Part shown: positions 33,041 to 42,571 of the stretch, in pieces | How positions within the stretch are numbered: position 1 is the first letter of the stretch | Layout of the letters: the number at the start of each line of letters is the position of its first letter | Assembly (NCBI GenBank): GCA_945883725.1 | Contig: CAMCXZ010000004.1 | Location: 3,669 to 67,668, forward strand | DNA: 64,000 nucleotides | Direction of reading: 5' to 3' | Source of the DNA: Bifidobacterium breve | Lineage (GTDB): Bacteria > Actinomycetota > Actinomycetes > Nanopelagicales > Nanopelagicaceae | Made by a program: the position numbers and the translations under genes | The notes under the pieces: generated by a model | What the model was told of the DNA's origin: nothing | The model's input: only the letters and a program-made list of their open reading frames with translations | Database searches by the model: none

Positions 33041-34062
33041 ATAATCCATTGCGAGAGGGTTTGGAAATCGCGAGCAAACAACACAGTGCCAAAATTTTAG
33101 CCATGGGTGGTTCTATCGAATCGGTTATTGACTCGCATGGCATCAAGACCATTGGCTCAGAGATACTTCAACGCAAAATAGAGAGTTTAGAAGTTGAAAT
33201 ACCGTTTGAGTTTGAAAAGATTTGTAATATTGCAAGTCACTCACTATCAAAAAAAGAAGTAATTTTACTGGCAAAAAGCTTAAGTGAAGTTAAAGAGAGT
33301 GTCATACCGGTTATCACTGCCGGGACCGACTCTCTCGAAGAGGTGGCGTTTCTAGCTAGTTTACTTAAACCCAAATCAGGAGCCATTGTGGCTGCGACAT
33401 TAAGAGATGGCTCGCAGGAAAATGTTGATTCTCTAATTTCAAATATTGTTAAAGTTCTCCTTAATTATTCAGTTTCAGGAATTGCAACGCCAGTAGTTGT
33501 TGATAATTTGATTTTTGAAGCTTCTAAATTCATAGAAGAGATGCTTTTTTCAAAGGAAAATTGTGAAGAAGTTAGAGAGATAAGTCAGAAAAGAGAAGCT
33601 TTTGATGATCATGATTCATCCCTACTAAGTGAGTTAGAGAAAAACGCAATATTACGCAATTTGGAGTTTGAGTGGCCTTCAGTTTTGGTTCTGAATTCAA
33701 TTCTAGCTAACTATCCAAAAGATTTAGAGAGAACTATCGAAAATTCTGACATCGTAATTCTTCAAGGTTTTGGTGCTGGAAATACAAACGCAAATGTAGA
33801 TGATCTTTTGAAAGAACGTTTAAGTAATCGTAAGCCTGTTATTTTATTAACGGCTCACCCAAGCATTCCGCTAAAACCCGTGTCTATTGCCAAGGGTGGA
33901 AATGTAAATCTCTTGAGTTCGGGTATCTGGAATGGACAAAATCTTTCGATAAGGAAAGCTGCACTTCTGGCAAGCCTGTTATTTAATTTCGAAAATCATG
34001 GCCGAGCGCAATTCGAAAAAATTGCTAATGATTTGGGTTCGATTGGCACCTCATGGGGCTAA
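33028..34062 (+). CDS. Divergent asparaginase/glutaminase-fold protein
   Basis: MGGSI, TAGTDSLEE, QGFGAGN; start uncertain. Confidence 0.65.
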   Translation: MPRLDNPLREGLEIASKQHSAKILAMGGSIESVIDSHGIKTIGSEILQRKIESLEVEIPFEFEKICNIASHSLSKKEVILLAKSLSEVKESVIPVITAGTDSLEEVAFLASLLKPKSGAIVAATLRDGSQENVDSLISNIVKVLLNYSVSGIATPVVVDNLIFEASKFIEEMLFSKENCEEVREISQKREAFDDHDSSLLSELEKNAILRNLEFEWPSVLVLNSILANYPKDLERTIENSDIVILQGFGAGNTNANVDDLLKERLSNRKPVILLTAHPSIPLKPVSIAKGGNVNLLSSGIWNGQNLSIRKAALLASLLFNFENHGRAQFEKIANDLGSIGTSWG

Positions 34063-35018
34063 ATCCGACGCTTGGTTCAAAGCGAGAATCTTGGCAGGGC
34101 CCAAACGCCCTCAGTGGGCTGAAAGTAGCTCTTGAAAAAACTGATCCAAGTCGAGTTGTACTCCTTACCTCCCCAAGTTTTTCGGATGAACACAAATCCT
34201 TAATTGAATCAGCGGCTGGGCATGAGCTGCAGCAACTTTTCGTGCCTCGAGTTTTAACGAAGATAAATACCACCCAAATGGAATTGGATTGTTCGGGATT
34301 TCAAACAGTCATCGCAATAGGGGGTGGCAATGTTATGGACGGCGCGAAGTCACTTCTGGGCAATAAAAAACATCGCCTGATCATGATCCCAACTACTTTA
34401 AGCGGCTCAGAACACAGCGCCAATACGACTTACTGGTCTGAAGGGAAAAAGGTAGTCGTTTCTATTGGATATGCAGATATGGTTATTGCCGATCCTCAAG
34501 TATTAATTAAAAATGAGGCTGTACTTAGAGCCGGTGCAATCCATTCTTTGGCACACATTCTAGCTACGGCTAAGACAGAGAATTTATCTGACTGGCATTT
34601 AAGAATTTCGGCTATGGCGGCGAAAGATTTAATAGCGGCATTCCATGTCACGGATTTCGTATCTTTCTGGAATCGCGCAAGATTATTTCGTGGAGCCTGG
34701 AATGCTGCAGTTTCTTTTATGATGTCGGGTCCAAAAATTGGCGCACACCATTTAATCGTTCATAAATTAGCAGGACCCTCAGATCATGCGACGTTTAGTG
34801 CGACACTTCTTTCTCGAACATTGACACAGACAGATGTATATCAAAAACCCATAACTGGACTTTCGCGCTATTTCCCCGAGATTTCAACAGAATTAATTGA
34901 GCTCTCAGAAAATTGGTTATCGACTTCCTCTGTGCTTAATCCACTAGTTAACCCATTAGAGATAGATGGCCCTCAAGCAATTCAGTCTGAAATAACAGAA
35001 TTGTGTAGATTAATATGA
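34053..35018 (+). CDS. Divergent iron-containing ADH/maleylacetate reductase-like protein
   Basis: IAIGGGNVMDGAK, IPTTLSGSE, GAHH. Confidence 0.7.
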   Translation: MGLNPTLGSKRESWQGPNALSGLKVALEKTDPSRVVLLTSPSFSDEHKSLIESAAGHELQQLFVPRVLTKINTTQMELDCSGFQTVIAIGGGNVMDGAKSLLGNKKHRLIMIPTTLSGSEHSANTTYWSEGKKVVVSIGYADMVIADPQVLIKNEAVLRAGAIHSLAHILATAKTENLSDWHLRISAMAAKDLIAAFHVTDFVSFWNRARLFRGAWNAAVSFMMSGPKIGAHHLIVHKLAGPSDHATFSATLLSRTLTQTDVYQKPITGLSRYFPEISTELIELSENWLSTSSVLNPLVNPLEIDGPQAIQSEITELCRLI

Positions 35019-36307
35019 GTATTGTTCAAGAAAAGCAGTTAGCTTTCCAAATCGCAGAATCCTCTATAGCTGTTGCTTCAAATCCAAGTGATTTGGCTGA
35101 GGAAAAACTGTCATCAGCTATCACAATTGGATTACTGGAAATAGCAAGAAGTTCAATGGATTCACACCACTGGGGTGTGGCTTCAATACTGCGCGGGGAT
35201 AGTAAAGGACCAGCTAAATCTTTACGGGGTACATCTGGTTCCGTTGAGAACATTGCGCAATCCCATGCATATTTAATGCATGCGCTGTTGCGTGACGATT
35301 CTTATCGAACAGCATTTCACCCAGGCCAGTTGATTATTCCAACTTGCCTTGCATTAGGACAAGCGATTGGAGTAAGCGGAAGAGAATTTCGCGAGGCAAC
35401 CTCAATAGCCTATGAAGTAGCCTGCAGGTTCGCCGATATATTTTTACCAGATGCAGCTTTTAGAGGCTGGCGTATTACCCCTTTATTAGCGCCAGTGGTT
35501 GCATCAGCTGCTGCTATTTCGCTATTGGCACCGAGGGATACGGACAAGCTTTCCGAAGCAATCACACTTTCTGCCGCTCAGATGGGCGGCACTCTTCATA
35601 CAGCTCGTAGTGGCAATCAATGGCAGACTCAAAGTGCACTTCAGGTTTCAGCTGGGATATTCGCAGCAAAATTAGTTTCTCAAAATTCAGGCGGGACTGG
35701 AGATGGCTTAGAGGGGAACATGGGAGCCATGGAGCAATTTCTTGGAAGAACTTCCTACCTGCCTCCTGCTTCGGACCATCGCATTTTAGATTTAACATTC
35801 AAATTGTATGCCGCTCCGATGTATGCCCAATCTTTGCTGCAGGCATTTGACAGCTTAGATATACCGAAAGAATTTCAACCCAAGAGAATTGATGTATTTA
35901 TCTCAAAATTCGCAAATTCATATGCCGGAGATTCCAGAAAAACTGATGCGATAGCTAGTTTAGAAGAGTTGGTAATTGAGAAAATGAATGAATTGTTTTC
36001 TCAACAAAACGCTATTAATCCTAAAACTTTAGGATTAGAGGTGTGTATTTCTGCCGACACTGAACTCACCGATGATGAATCAAGGATTGAAATCTTTGAT
36101 TCAAACGGCAAGAGTCTAGTTTCGAGAGCTACTAGCAAAGCAACTCGGGTTGGACCTAATGAAATTATAAAGATGTTTAGTTGCTTTTCGGCGAGTCAAA
36201 TTAGTTCATTAGTGGGTTCAGTCGAAGAACTCTCAAAAGCGAAATCTCTATCAAATTTACAAGAATGTTGGGAATCTATAGTCCGATCTACAAGGAATGA
36301 GGAGTAA
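35015..36307 (+). CDS. MmgE/PrpD family protein (divergent)
   Basis: HALLRDDS, HPG, AYEVACR, GLEG, FKLY. Confidence 0.75.
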   Translation: MSIVQEKQLAFQIAESSIAVASNPSDLAEEKLSSAITIGLLEIARSSMDSHHWGVASILRGDSKGPAKSLRGTSGSVENIAQSHAYLMHALLRDDSYRTAFHPGQLIIPTCLALGQAIGVSGREFREATSIAYEVACRFADIFLPDAAFRGWRITPLLAPVVASAAAISLLAPRDTDKLSEAITLSAAQMGGTLHTARSGNQWQTQSALQVSAGIFAAKLVSQNSGGTGDGLEGNMGAMEQFLGRTSYLPPASDHRILDLTFKLYAAPMYAQSLLQAFDSLDIPKEFQPKRIDVFISKFANSYAGDSRKTDAIASLEELVIEKMNELFSQQNAINPKTLGLEVCISADTELTDDESRIEIFDSNGKSLVSRATSKATRVGPNEIIKMFSCFSASQISSLVGSVEELSKAKSLSNLQECWESIVRSTRNEE

Positions 36308-37090
36308 GTGAACAACATGCAAACTGAAATAGAAATTCGTGGGTTGAGCCACCATTTCGTTAGTCCAGGCGGAAAATCCGTATCAACGATCGAAGATATC
36401 TCTCTAAATGTTGCACCTGGAGAGTTTGTTGCCATTGTTGGGCCTAGTGGATGCGGTAAATCAACAATTCTCAACATAGTCTCGGGATTGCTTGCTGTAT
36501 CCGAGGGAGAGATATCTATTGGTGGCAAAAAGGTTCAAGGGGTAAGCAAAGAGTTAGTTTATATGCCTGCCAGAGATTCCCTTTTCCCGTGGCGAACTTG
36601 TAAGAAAAACGTTGAACTTCCGCTAGAACTCCAAGGAATTCTAACTCCGGCAGAGAGAGGCGAACGGGCTGAAATGTTGCTCAATGCAGTTGGGCTTAAT
36701 GGTTTCTCAGACTATTTCCCTTCAAGTCTCTCACATGGCATGCGCCAGAGAGTTGCCGTAGCAAGAACTTTCTCCACCTCGCCACGAATTCTGCTAATGG
36801 ATGAACCATTTAGTGCACTAGATGCACAAACTAAAATAGTTGTGCAAGATCTATTCTTAAAAATATGGGAAGAGGAAAAGCAAACAGTTTTACTAATTAC
36901 CCATGATGTTATGGAAGCGGTTGCACTTGCCGATCGAGTGGTTGTTCTATCTGCTAGACCAGGAAAAATTAAGTCGATTCACAATATTGACCTTGATCGA
37001 CCGCGTTCAGTACGAAAGCTTCTCTTCGATGAACCGAAATTTCAAAAATACCTGCATGCTATTTGGGAGGATCTAGATGTCCAAGAATAA
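36308..37090 (+). CDS. NitT/TauT ABC ATPase
   Basis: GPSGCGKST, LFPWRT, LMDEPFSALDAQT. Confidence 0.93.
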   Translation: MNNMQTEIEIRGLSHHFVSPGGKSVSTIEDISLNVAPGEFVAIVGPSGCGKSTILNIVSGLLAVSEGEISIGGKKVQGVSKELVYMPARDSLFPWRTCKKNVELPLELQGILTPAERGERAEMLLNAVGLNGFSDYFPSSLSHGMRQRVAVARTFSTSPRILLMDEPFSALDAQTKIVVQDLFLKIWEEEKQTVLLITHDVMEAVALADRVVVLSARPGKIKSIHNIDLDRPRSVRKLLFDEPKFQKYLHAIWEDLDVQE

Positions 37091-37889
37091 TACGTCAACA
37101 AAATCAAAGAAAACCCCCAAGTTCGCTTTCTCCAATTCGGGGTCTTCTGCAATCTCACTTTATAGATTGATTACGATCGTAGTATTTCTTCTCTTTTGGG
37201 AGTGGGTTGCAAGATCAGGTTTAGTCAATCCGCTATTTCTTGCCCCCCCAAGTAAGGTAGTAGATTCAATCGGGTTTTTGAACGAACAAGGTTTGTTAGT
37301 CCCAAATATTTTGGCGACTTTGAAGGCGGCTTTTGCTGGATTCTTGATAGGACTTTTAGTTGGTAGCTTATTCGGATTCGTCATTGGATTAAATCCATTA
37401 CTAAATAAATTCTGTGCACCATTTATAACAATGATGAATAGCACGCCACGAATAGCTTTAGCGCCGTTATTTGTTCTTTGGTTTGGTATTGGCATTTCTT
37501 CACGAATAGTTTTAGTGTTTTCGCTTGTGGTTTTTATTGTTTTGACAAATACCATAGCTGGAACTGAGAATATTGATAAAGACCATCTGGTACTCGCAAA
37601 ACTCAATAGTGCCAAACGTAGAGACATCATTTTCAAGGTGGCTTTACCATCTGTGGTCCCATGGATTATTGCGGCAATGAGAGTTTCTTTTGCTTATGCA
37701 TTAGCTGGTGCCGTAGTTGGTGAAATGTTCCTTGGTCAAGAAGGGTTGGGGTACTTAATCACCGCCGGCTCGGGAGTTTTCAATGTTTCACTAATTTTCG
37801 CAGCTTTAGGAATGACAATTGCGATTGCTTTTATTGTTGACAGATTAATGGGCTTACTAGAGAAGAGGATTCTAAGATGGAGAGCTTAA
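37077..37889 (+). CDS. NitT/TauT ABC permease
   Basis: PRIALAPLFVLWFGIG, GAVVGE. Confidence 0.93.
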   Translation: MSKNNTSTKSKKTPKFAFSNSGSSAISLYRLITIVVFLLFWEWVARSGLVNPLFLAPPSKVVDSIGFLNEQGLLVPNILATLKAAFAGFLIGLLVGSLFGFVIGLNPLLNKFCAPFITMMNSTPRIALAPLFVLWFGIGISSRIVLVFSLVVFIVLTNTIAGTENIDKDHLVLAKLNSAKRRDIIFKVALPSVVPWIIAAMRVSFAYALAGAVVGEMFLGQEGLGYLITAGSGVFNVSLIFAALGMTIAIAFIVDRLMGLLEKRILRWRA

Positions 37890-38617
37890 CGAATAAAGGT
37901 CTTAATAGAGTAGTGGTTGTTACTGGAGCTGCCCGTGGCATCGGTTTAGATACAGCTCAGGTTTTAAATCAGCATGGTTGGAAAGTTGTAGGAATTGACA
38001 TGATTCCTGCTGAAGATCCAAGTGTCTTTGCTGATTTTTACACAGTAGACATTACAGATCGAAAACTTATTGATGAAACGATAAGTAAAATTGTGACCTC
38101 GCATGGATCGATATTTGGTCTGGTTAATAATGCCGCCCTTACCCCAGTTGCTCCTTTCCTAAATGCTAAAGATGAAGATCTTGACATGGCGATTGAGGTG
38201 AATATCAAGAGCGTTTTCAGAATCACCCGTTCTGTTGGCGAGCATATGAAAGAACAAGGTTGTGGTTCGATTGTTAACCTAGCTTCTGTTAACGCCGAAA
38301 GAGGAGTTACGAATACTACAATTTACTCCTTAACAAAGGGTGCTATTGAAGCTTTCACGCGGACCCTTGCAGTTGAATTTGCCTCGCATAACATTAGATC
38401 AAATGCGATTGCTCCCGCGCCGACATCTACAAAGAAGGTTCTGGCACTTCTAGATCAGGCAGCAATTGAGGTTCGAACCAACAGAATCCCTATGAAACGA
38501 CTTGGAAAACCTAGAGATATGGCCAATGCCATTCATTTCTTGCTTACTGACGAAAGTGAATTCATAACTGGATCAATATTGCCAGTTGATGGTGGCTATT
38601 TAGCTTACGGTTCATAG
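37877..38617 (+). CDS. SDR oxidoreductase
   Basis: TGAARGIG, NNAA, YSLTK. Confidence 0.9.
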   Translation: MESLTNKGLNRVVVVTGAARGIGLDTAQVLNQHGWKVVGIDMIPAEDPSVFADFYTVDITDRKLIDETISKIVTSHGSIFGLVNNAALTPVAPFLNAKDEDLDMAIEVNIKSVFRITRSVGEHMKEQGCGSIVNLASVNAERGVTNTTIYSLTKGAIEAFTRTLAVEFASHNIRSNAIAPAPTSTKKVLALLDQAAIEVRTNRIPMKRLGKPRDMANAIHFLLTDESEFITGSILPVDGGYLAYGS

Positions 38618-38622
38618 AAAAA

Positions 38623-39336
38623 ATGAAAGAGAAAGTCGTAATTGTTACAGGTGGAGGCGGGGGGATTGGGGCGGAAGTAGCGCACCAATTGTCCCTAGCT
38701 TCATGGATTGTGGTTTCTGTGGACATGGAATTTCCACCAAGCAGAGACAAAAATCAAAAGATCGTTGAGATAGCTGGAGACATTACCGATTCTCAAACTA
38801 TTGCCTTGGCTATAACCAAAGCTCAAGAACTTGGAGAGCTTTGCGGTCTGGCAAACATTGCTGGGACAAGAACCTATCGAGCCTTTCCTGAGATCGAAAG
38901 AAGTTTTCTTCTCCAACATTTAGAAGTTAATACGATCGCACCTTTGGCATGGATGCAGAAGGTGTCAGAAATTATGATTGAGAATAAAACCCCGGGCTCA
39001 ATCGTAAATGTCACTTCTGTGATGTCTGAGCGAGTAACTCACGGTAATGCTGCTTATTGTGCTTCAAAAGCTGCATTAACTTCCTTGACCAAGGCGGCCG
39101 CATTGGAGTTAGCCGGCAACGGAATACGAGTTAATGCTGTTGCGCCTGGTCCCACTGATACCCCAATGCTTGATGCTCTGGATGAGAAGAAAAAAGCGAC
39201 TTTGGCAAAGTGGTTGCCACTTGGAAAGCTTGGGACACCAAGTGATGTGTCCGAGGCGATTTTATTTTTACTTGATAGCGGAAAGTTTATAACTGGAACA
39301 ACTATTTGCGTAGATGGAGGATATCTTGTTGCATAG
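38623..39336 (+). CDS. SDR oxidoreductase
   Basis: TGGGGGIG, YCASK, VNAVAPG. Confidence 0.9.
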   Translation: MKEKVVIVTGGGGGIGAEVAHQLSLASWIVVSVDMEFPPSRDKNQKIVEIAGDITDSQTIALAITKAQELGELCGLANIAGTRTYRAFPEIERSFLLQHLEVNTIAPLAWMQKVSEIMIENKTPGSIVNVTSVMSERVTHGNAAYCASKAALTSLTKAAALELAGNGIRVNAVAPGPTDTPMLDALDEKKKATLAKWLPLGKLGTPSDVSEAILFLLDSGKFITGTTICVDGGYLVA

Positions 39337-39751
39337 TAAAGAAGTAGTGCATTCATTAAGTTCAGAGGGAGTCTTTCGGCTTTTGAAAAGCGCTGTAGCG
39401 CATGCGGATAAACTGAACGTCAATGTTTCCGTATCAATATTGGATAAGTCAGGAAGGCAGATTGGCTTTTACCGTATGCCAAGGTCACCTTTCTCTTCCG
39501 ATGCCGTGGCCAAAGGAAAGGCGTATGCAGCGGTGTGCTTTAAAGTAGAAACAAGCGTTCTTGAAAAGAAAATACCTTTTGAGAAAATTGCTCAATTAAT
39601 GGCTTCCAACAAGGATGAGATTGTAGTTATTGAGGGTGGCAGGCCAATTCTTTTTGAAGAAAATCTAATTGGAGCAATCGGTGTTAGCGGTGCAACATCA
39701 GCCCAAGATGATGAAATCGCTGGGGCTGCTATCGATATGTACCTCAAATAA
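39314..39751 (+). CDS. GlcG/HbpS family heme-binding protein
   Basis: KAYAA, GGRPI, IGAIGVSGA..QDDEIA. Confidence 0.88.
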   Translation: MEDILLHSKEVVHSLSSEGVFRLLKSAVAHADKLNVNVSVSILDKSGRQIGFYRMPRSPFSSDAVAKGKAYAAVCFKVETSVLEKKIPFEKIAQLMASNKDEIVVIEGGRPILFEENLIGAIGVSGATSAQDDEIAGAAIDMYLK

Positions 39752-39877
39752 ACGTCTAAAAACTGTTGAATCGATTGGCATTTACCTTTATTTTGCGAGC
39801 AATTGCAGAATTAGCTGGAGAGTGCGTTAAGGGTGAATAGTATGCTCACTACGTTCTGAAAATTAAGGGAGTAAAAA

Positions 39878-40084
39878 ATGGCAGAAAAGACATTTAAAAT
39901 TAAGGGAATGACTTGTGGCCACTGAGAAGGCCGCGTGAGTGCGGAGATCTTGGCAATTCCAGGTGTAGCAAGTGTGGTTGTTAGTGCCGAGAAAGCACAG
40001 GCAACCATTACATTTGAATTAGAGATATCTGGCGATGCAGTTGAACGCGCGGTACAGGCAGCTGGCTATTCACTGGTGGATTGA
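39878..40084 (+). CDS. CopZ-like HMA metallochaperone with in-frame TGA (GMTCGH-U/*), 68 aa; selenoprotein or nonsense pseudogene
   Basis: SD AAGGGAG; MAEKTFKIKGMTCGH[TGA 39923-39925]EGRVSAEILAIPGVASVVVSAEKAQATITFELEISGDAVERAVQAAGYSLVD. Confidence 0.85.
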
Positions 40085-40232
40085 AACCCAAGATTCCAAC
40101 TTTTGTGCCGCTATTAGGGCGGCGCATAGATATCCAGCATCTCTATTCCTAGAGGTCGCAACGTCGTGGGTTAACTAAATAGCTACCTCATGATGCTTAA
40201 TCATGGCCTGAAGAAAAACGACTTAGAGATTC

Positions 40233-40802
40233 CTATTTAGAATGCTTAGTTTTATGCAGGGCCTTGGCTCTTTTTACGACTTTGCGAGCCGCAACAAGCG
40301 TCTTAACAAACTTACGTGGTCGCACGAACCGATAAGGCGCTTCTGCCGAACTGCCTTCGCGTGATTTGAGCACTATTCGTGGCCGAAAAATAAAATGTGA
40401 AACGAATAAGCAATAAAGTATGAACGCGATGTAAAGCCAGAATGCTAATTGCATTTGTTGATCATCAGTCGTCGAAGAACGTAGATGAAGTTTCTGTAAT
40501 ATAGCCACGGCCGGTGCCTGGGTTGCTGCCTCATCTAAATTTGGAGTCAGCTCCATAAGGAGTGCAAATTGAAACCGAATTGCGAAAGAGAGAAATTCCG
40601 CAAACCACCAAGCAAATAGCCCATAGACAATCACTGGGACAAGCAGACCATATATACGATTTGGATATTTAACCTTGCATGAGGCCACATCTTCTGCCAG
40701 CACAACAAATTCACCAAGTGAAATTTCGGTATCACTTACTTTGAATTCAACTTTCTTGGGGCTCCCTGTGGGATTGTGAAGCCAGACCGATCTAGATTTC
40801 AT
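40233..40802 (-). CDS. Hypothetical membrane protein
   Basis: Two hydrophobic segments; TAATCT-N6-ATG leaderless start. Confidence 0.65.
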   Translation of the reverse strand: MKSRSVWLHNPTGSPKKVEFKVSDTEISLGEFVVLAEDVASCKVKYPNRIYGLLVPVIVYGLFAWWFAEFLSFAIRFQFALLMELTPNLDEAATQAPAVAILQKLHLRSSTTDDQQMQLAFWLYIAFILYCLFVSHFIFRPRIVLKSREGSSAEAPYRFVRPRKFVKTLVAARKVVKRAKALHKTKHSK

Positions 40803-40923
40803 ACAAGTAGATTAGTTCCTAGGGGGCAGTCAGCATAGAGGCCTGGCTTAAACGGGTGGCTCTTCTTCTGAGATTTACCTTTGCTGTTATGATTTTAAGC
40901 AGGTCGCGAGAATGGAGATTCAT

Positions 40924-41403
40924 ATGCTTCGAAATCGACTTTTTCTTATTCCCGTATTAGCTCTGGCCCTTTCATCCTGTGCGAAGAGTTCAGCAGATTT
41001 GGTCGAGATAAGCCTTGCGCCAATTCCATATGTTATTGAAGTTCCATCTGATATCGCAAAGCATTTAACGATTGAAAATATGGAATCAGATTCTTCAAGT
41101 GACTTTACTTCGCAGGCAAAACAGGCCGGTGCGATTGCGCAAATGTACATTAATTACAGAGCTGATGACGGTTCTATCCATGGCTTCGCCGGGGTTTACT
41201 ACTTTAAGAAAGCCGATTTTGAAAAGGCTCAAAACCCTAATGAACCACCTGTATACGGAAGCAAGGTCGTAGAGGAAAATGAAATGATTTTAGCTATAGC
41301 GGGGCCACAAGATTCTATTTTTGAGCCAACCTCACAAGATGGTAAAAATTCGATGGCGCTTTACACACTGGTTTACGATCCAAAATCATTTAAATCTTCT
41401 TAA
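40924..41403 (+). CDS. Putative lipoprotein
   Basis: Lipobox LALSSC; GGAG before ATG 40924. Confidence 0.75.
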   Translation: MLRNRLFLIPVLALALSSCAKSSADLVEISLAPIPYVIEVPSDIAKHLTIENMESDSSSDFTSQAKQAGAIAQMYINYRADDGSIHGFAGVYYFKKADFEKAQNPNEPPVYGSKVVEENEMILAIAGPQDSIFEPTSQDGKNSMALYTLVYDPKSFKSS

Positions 41404-41449
41404 CTTCAAGCCGAGGGCTTTAGATTGCCTAAAAAGGTAAGATAAGCCA

Positions 41450-42562
41450 ATGGAAATAGAGATCAGGGCTATCTCGCAAGAGGAGCATCAGAGCTTTATT
41501 TCCGCATTACCAAACGCCTCTTTCTTACAACTTCCCTCATGGGGCGCTGTTAAGAGTGACTGGAAGAATAAATCAATCGGTATTTATGAAGGCTCATCTC
41601 TAATCGGTGTTGCACTTCTTCTAACTCGCGCACTTCCTAAAGTTGGAAAGTCTTTTGGCTACATTCCAGAAGGACCACTGTTTCGGCCAGAACGAAACTT
41701 AAGCCAAGAAATTCTCACCGCACTAGTTACTTTCGCAAAGAATGAGCAGATTTTCCTACTACGAGTGGGCCCAGCAATTCCGTTTCGTGATTGGGATGGC
41801 GAAGTTATTAAGAGTGCTCTTGCCTCTGACCAAGCTAGCTCTTTGCTCAGCACAAGTTCAAGTGCTGAATTTGAAAATGGTCGAACCGCAATTGAAAGTT
41901 TTGAAAAAGCGGGCTGGCGAGCTGTTGTGTCTGAAAGTGGTTTTAGCGAAGGTCAACCTAATTTTGTCTTTCAATTAGATTTGCGAAATAAGGATGAAGA
42001 ATCTCTGTTAGCTGGCTTTAATCAGCTTTGGCGTAGAAATATTAAGAAAGCGGATAAAGAGGGCGTAGAAGTTATTCGCGGCGGCCGAGAAGCTTTGGCA
42101 GATTTCCATAAGGTTTATTTAGAAACAGCCAAGCGTGACAAATTCATTCCAAGGCCACTTCGATATTTTGAGCGAATGTGGGATGAACTAAATCGAACTG
42201 AGACCCACTTAAAACTCTTCTTAGCTAACTGGCAGGGAGAGACGATTGCTTCAACCATTGCGATTCAAGTTGGCGATCACTATTGGTATTCATACGGTGC
42301 ATCTTCGGCATTTGGTCGCGAAGCTCGCGGAAGTAACGCTGTTCAATGGGTAATGATGAAAGATGCCTTGGCCAGTGGGGCAGCCTGTTATGACCTGCGC
42401 GGAATCACGCCAACCTTGGATCCCAATGACTCACACGTTGGGCTGATTCAATTCAAAGTAGGCACCGGTGGCTATGCCCGCCAACTAGTTGGTGAATGGG
42501 AGAAGCCAATTAATAGCTTCTGGTCCCTCGCCTTCGCGACTTATTTACGAATTCGCAAGTAA
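41450..42562 (+). CDS. FemABX/MurM family tRNA-dependent lipid II aminoacyltransferase
   Basis: SFLQLPSW, YIPEGP, WRRNIKKA, YSYGAS, YDLRGI, FKVG. Confidence 0.9.
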   Translation: MEIEIRAISQEEHQSFISALPNASFLQLPSWGAVKSDWKNKSIGIYEGSSLIGVALLLTRALPKVGKSFGYIPEGPLFRPERNLSQEILTALVTFAKNEQIFLLRVGPAIPFRDWDGEVIKSALASDQASSLLSTSSSAEFENGRTAIESFEKAGWRAVVSESGFSEGQPNFVFQLDLRNKDEESLLAGFNQLWRRNIKKADKEGVEVIRGGREALADFHKVYLETAKRDKFIPRPLRYFERMWDELNRTETHLKLFLANWQGETIASTIAIQVGDHYWYSYGASSAFGREARGSNAVQWVMMKDALASGAACYDLRGITPTLDPNDSHVGLIQFKVGTGGYARQLVGEWEKPINSFWSLAFATYLRIRK

Positions 42563-42571
42563 CCTACGGTT

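Noticed and set aside
717-39877. att sites or integrase defining the island
   Set aside because: No flanking direct repeat, tRNA remnant or recombinase seen by eye; boundaries are inferred from gene content only
39811-40008. 65-aa minus-strand ORF
   Set aside because: Antisense shadow of the CopZ-like gene
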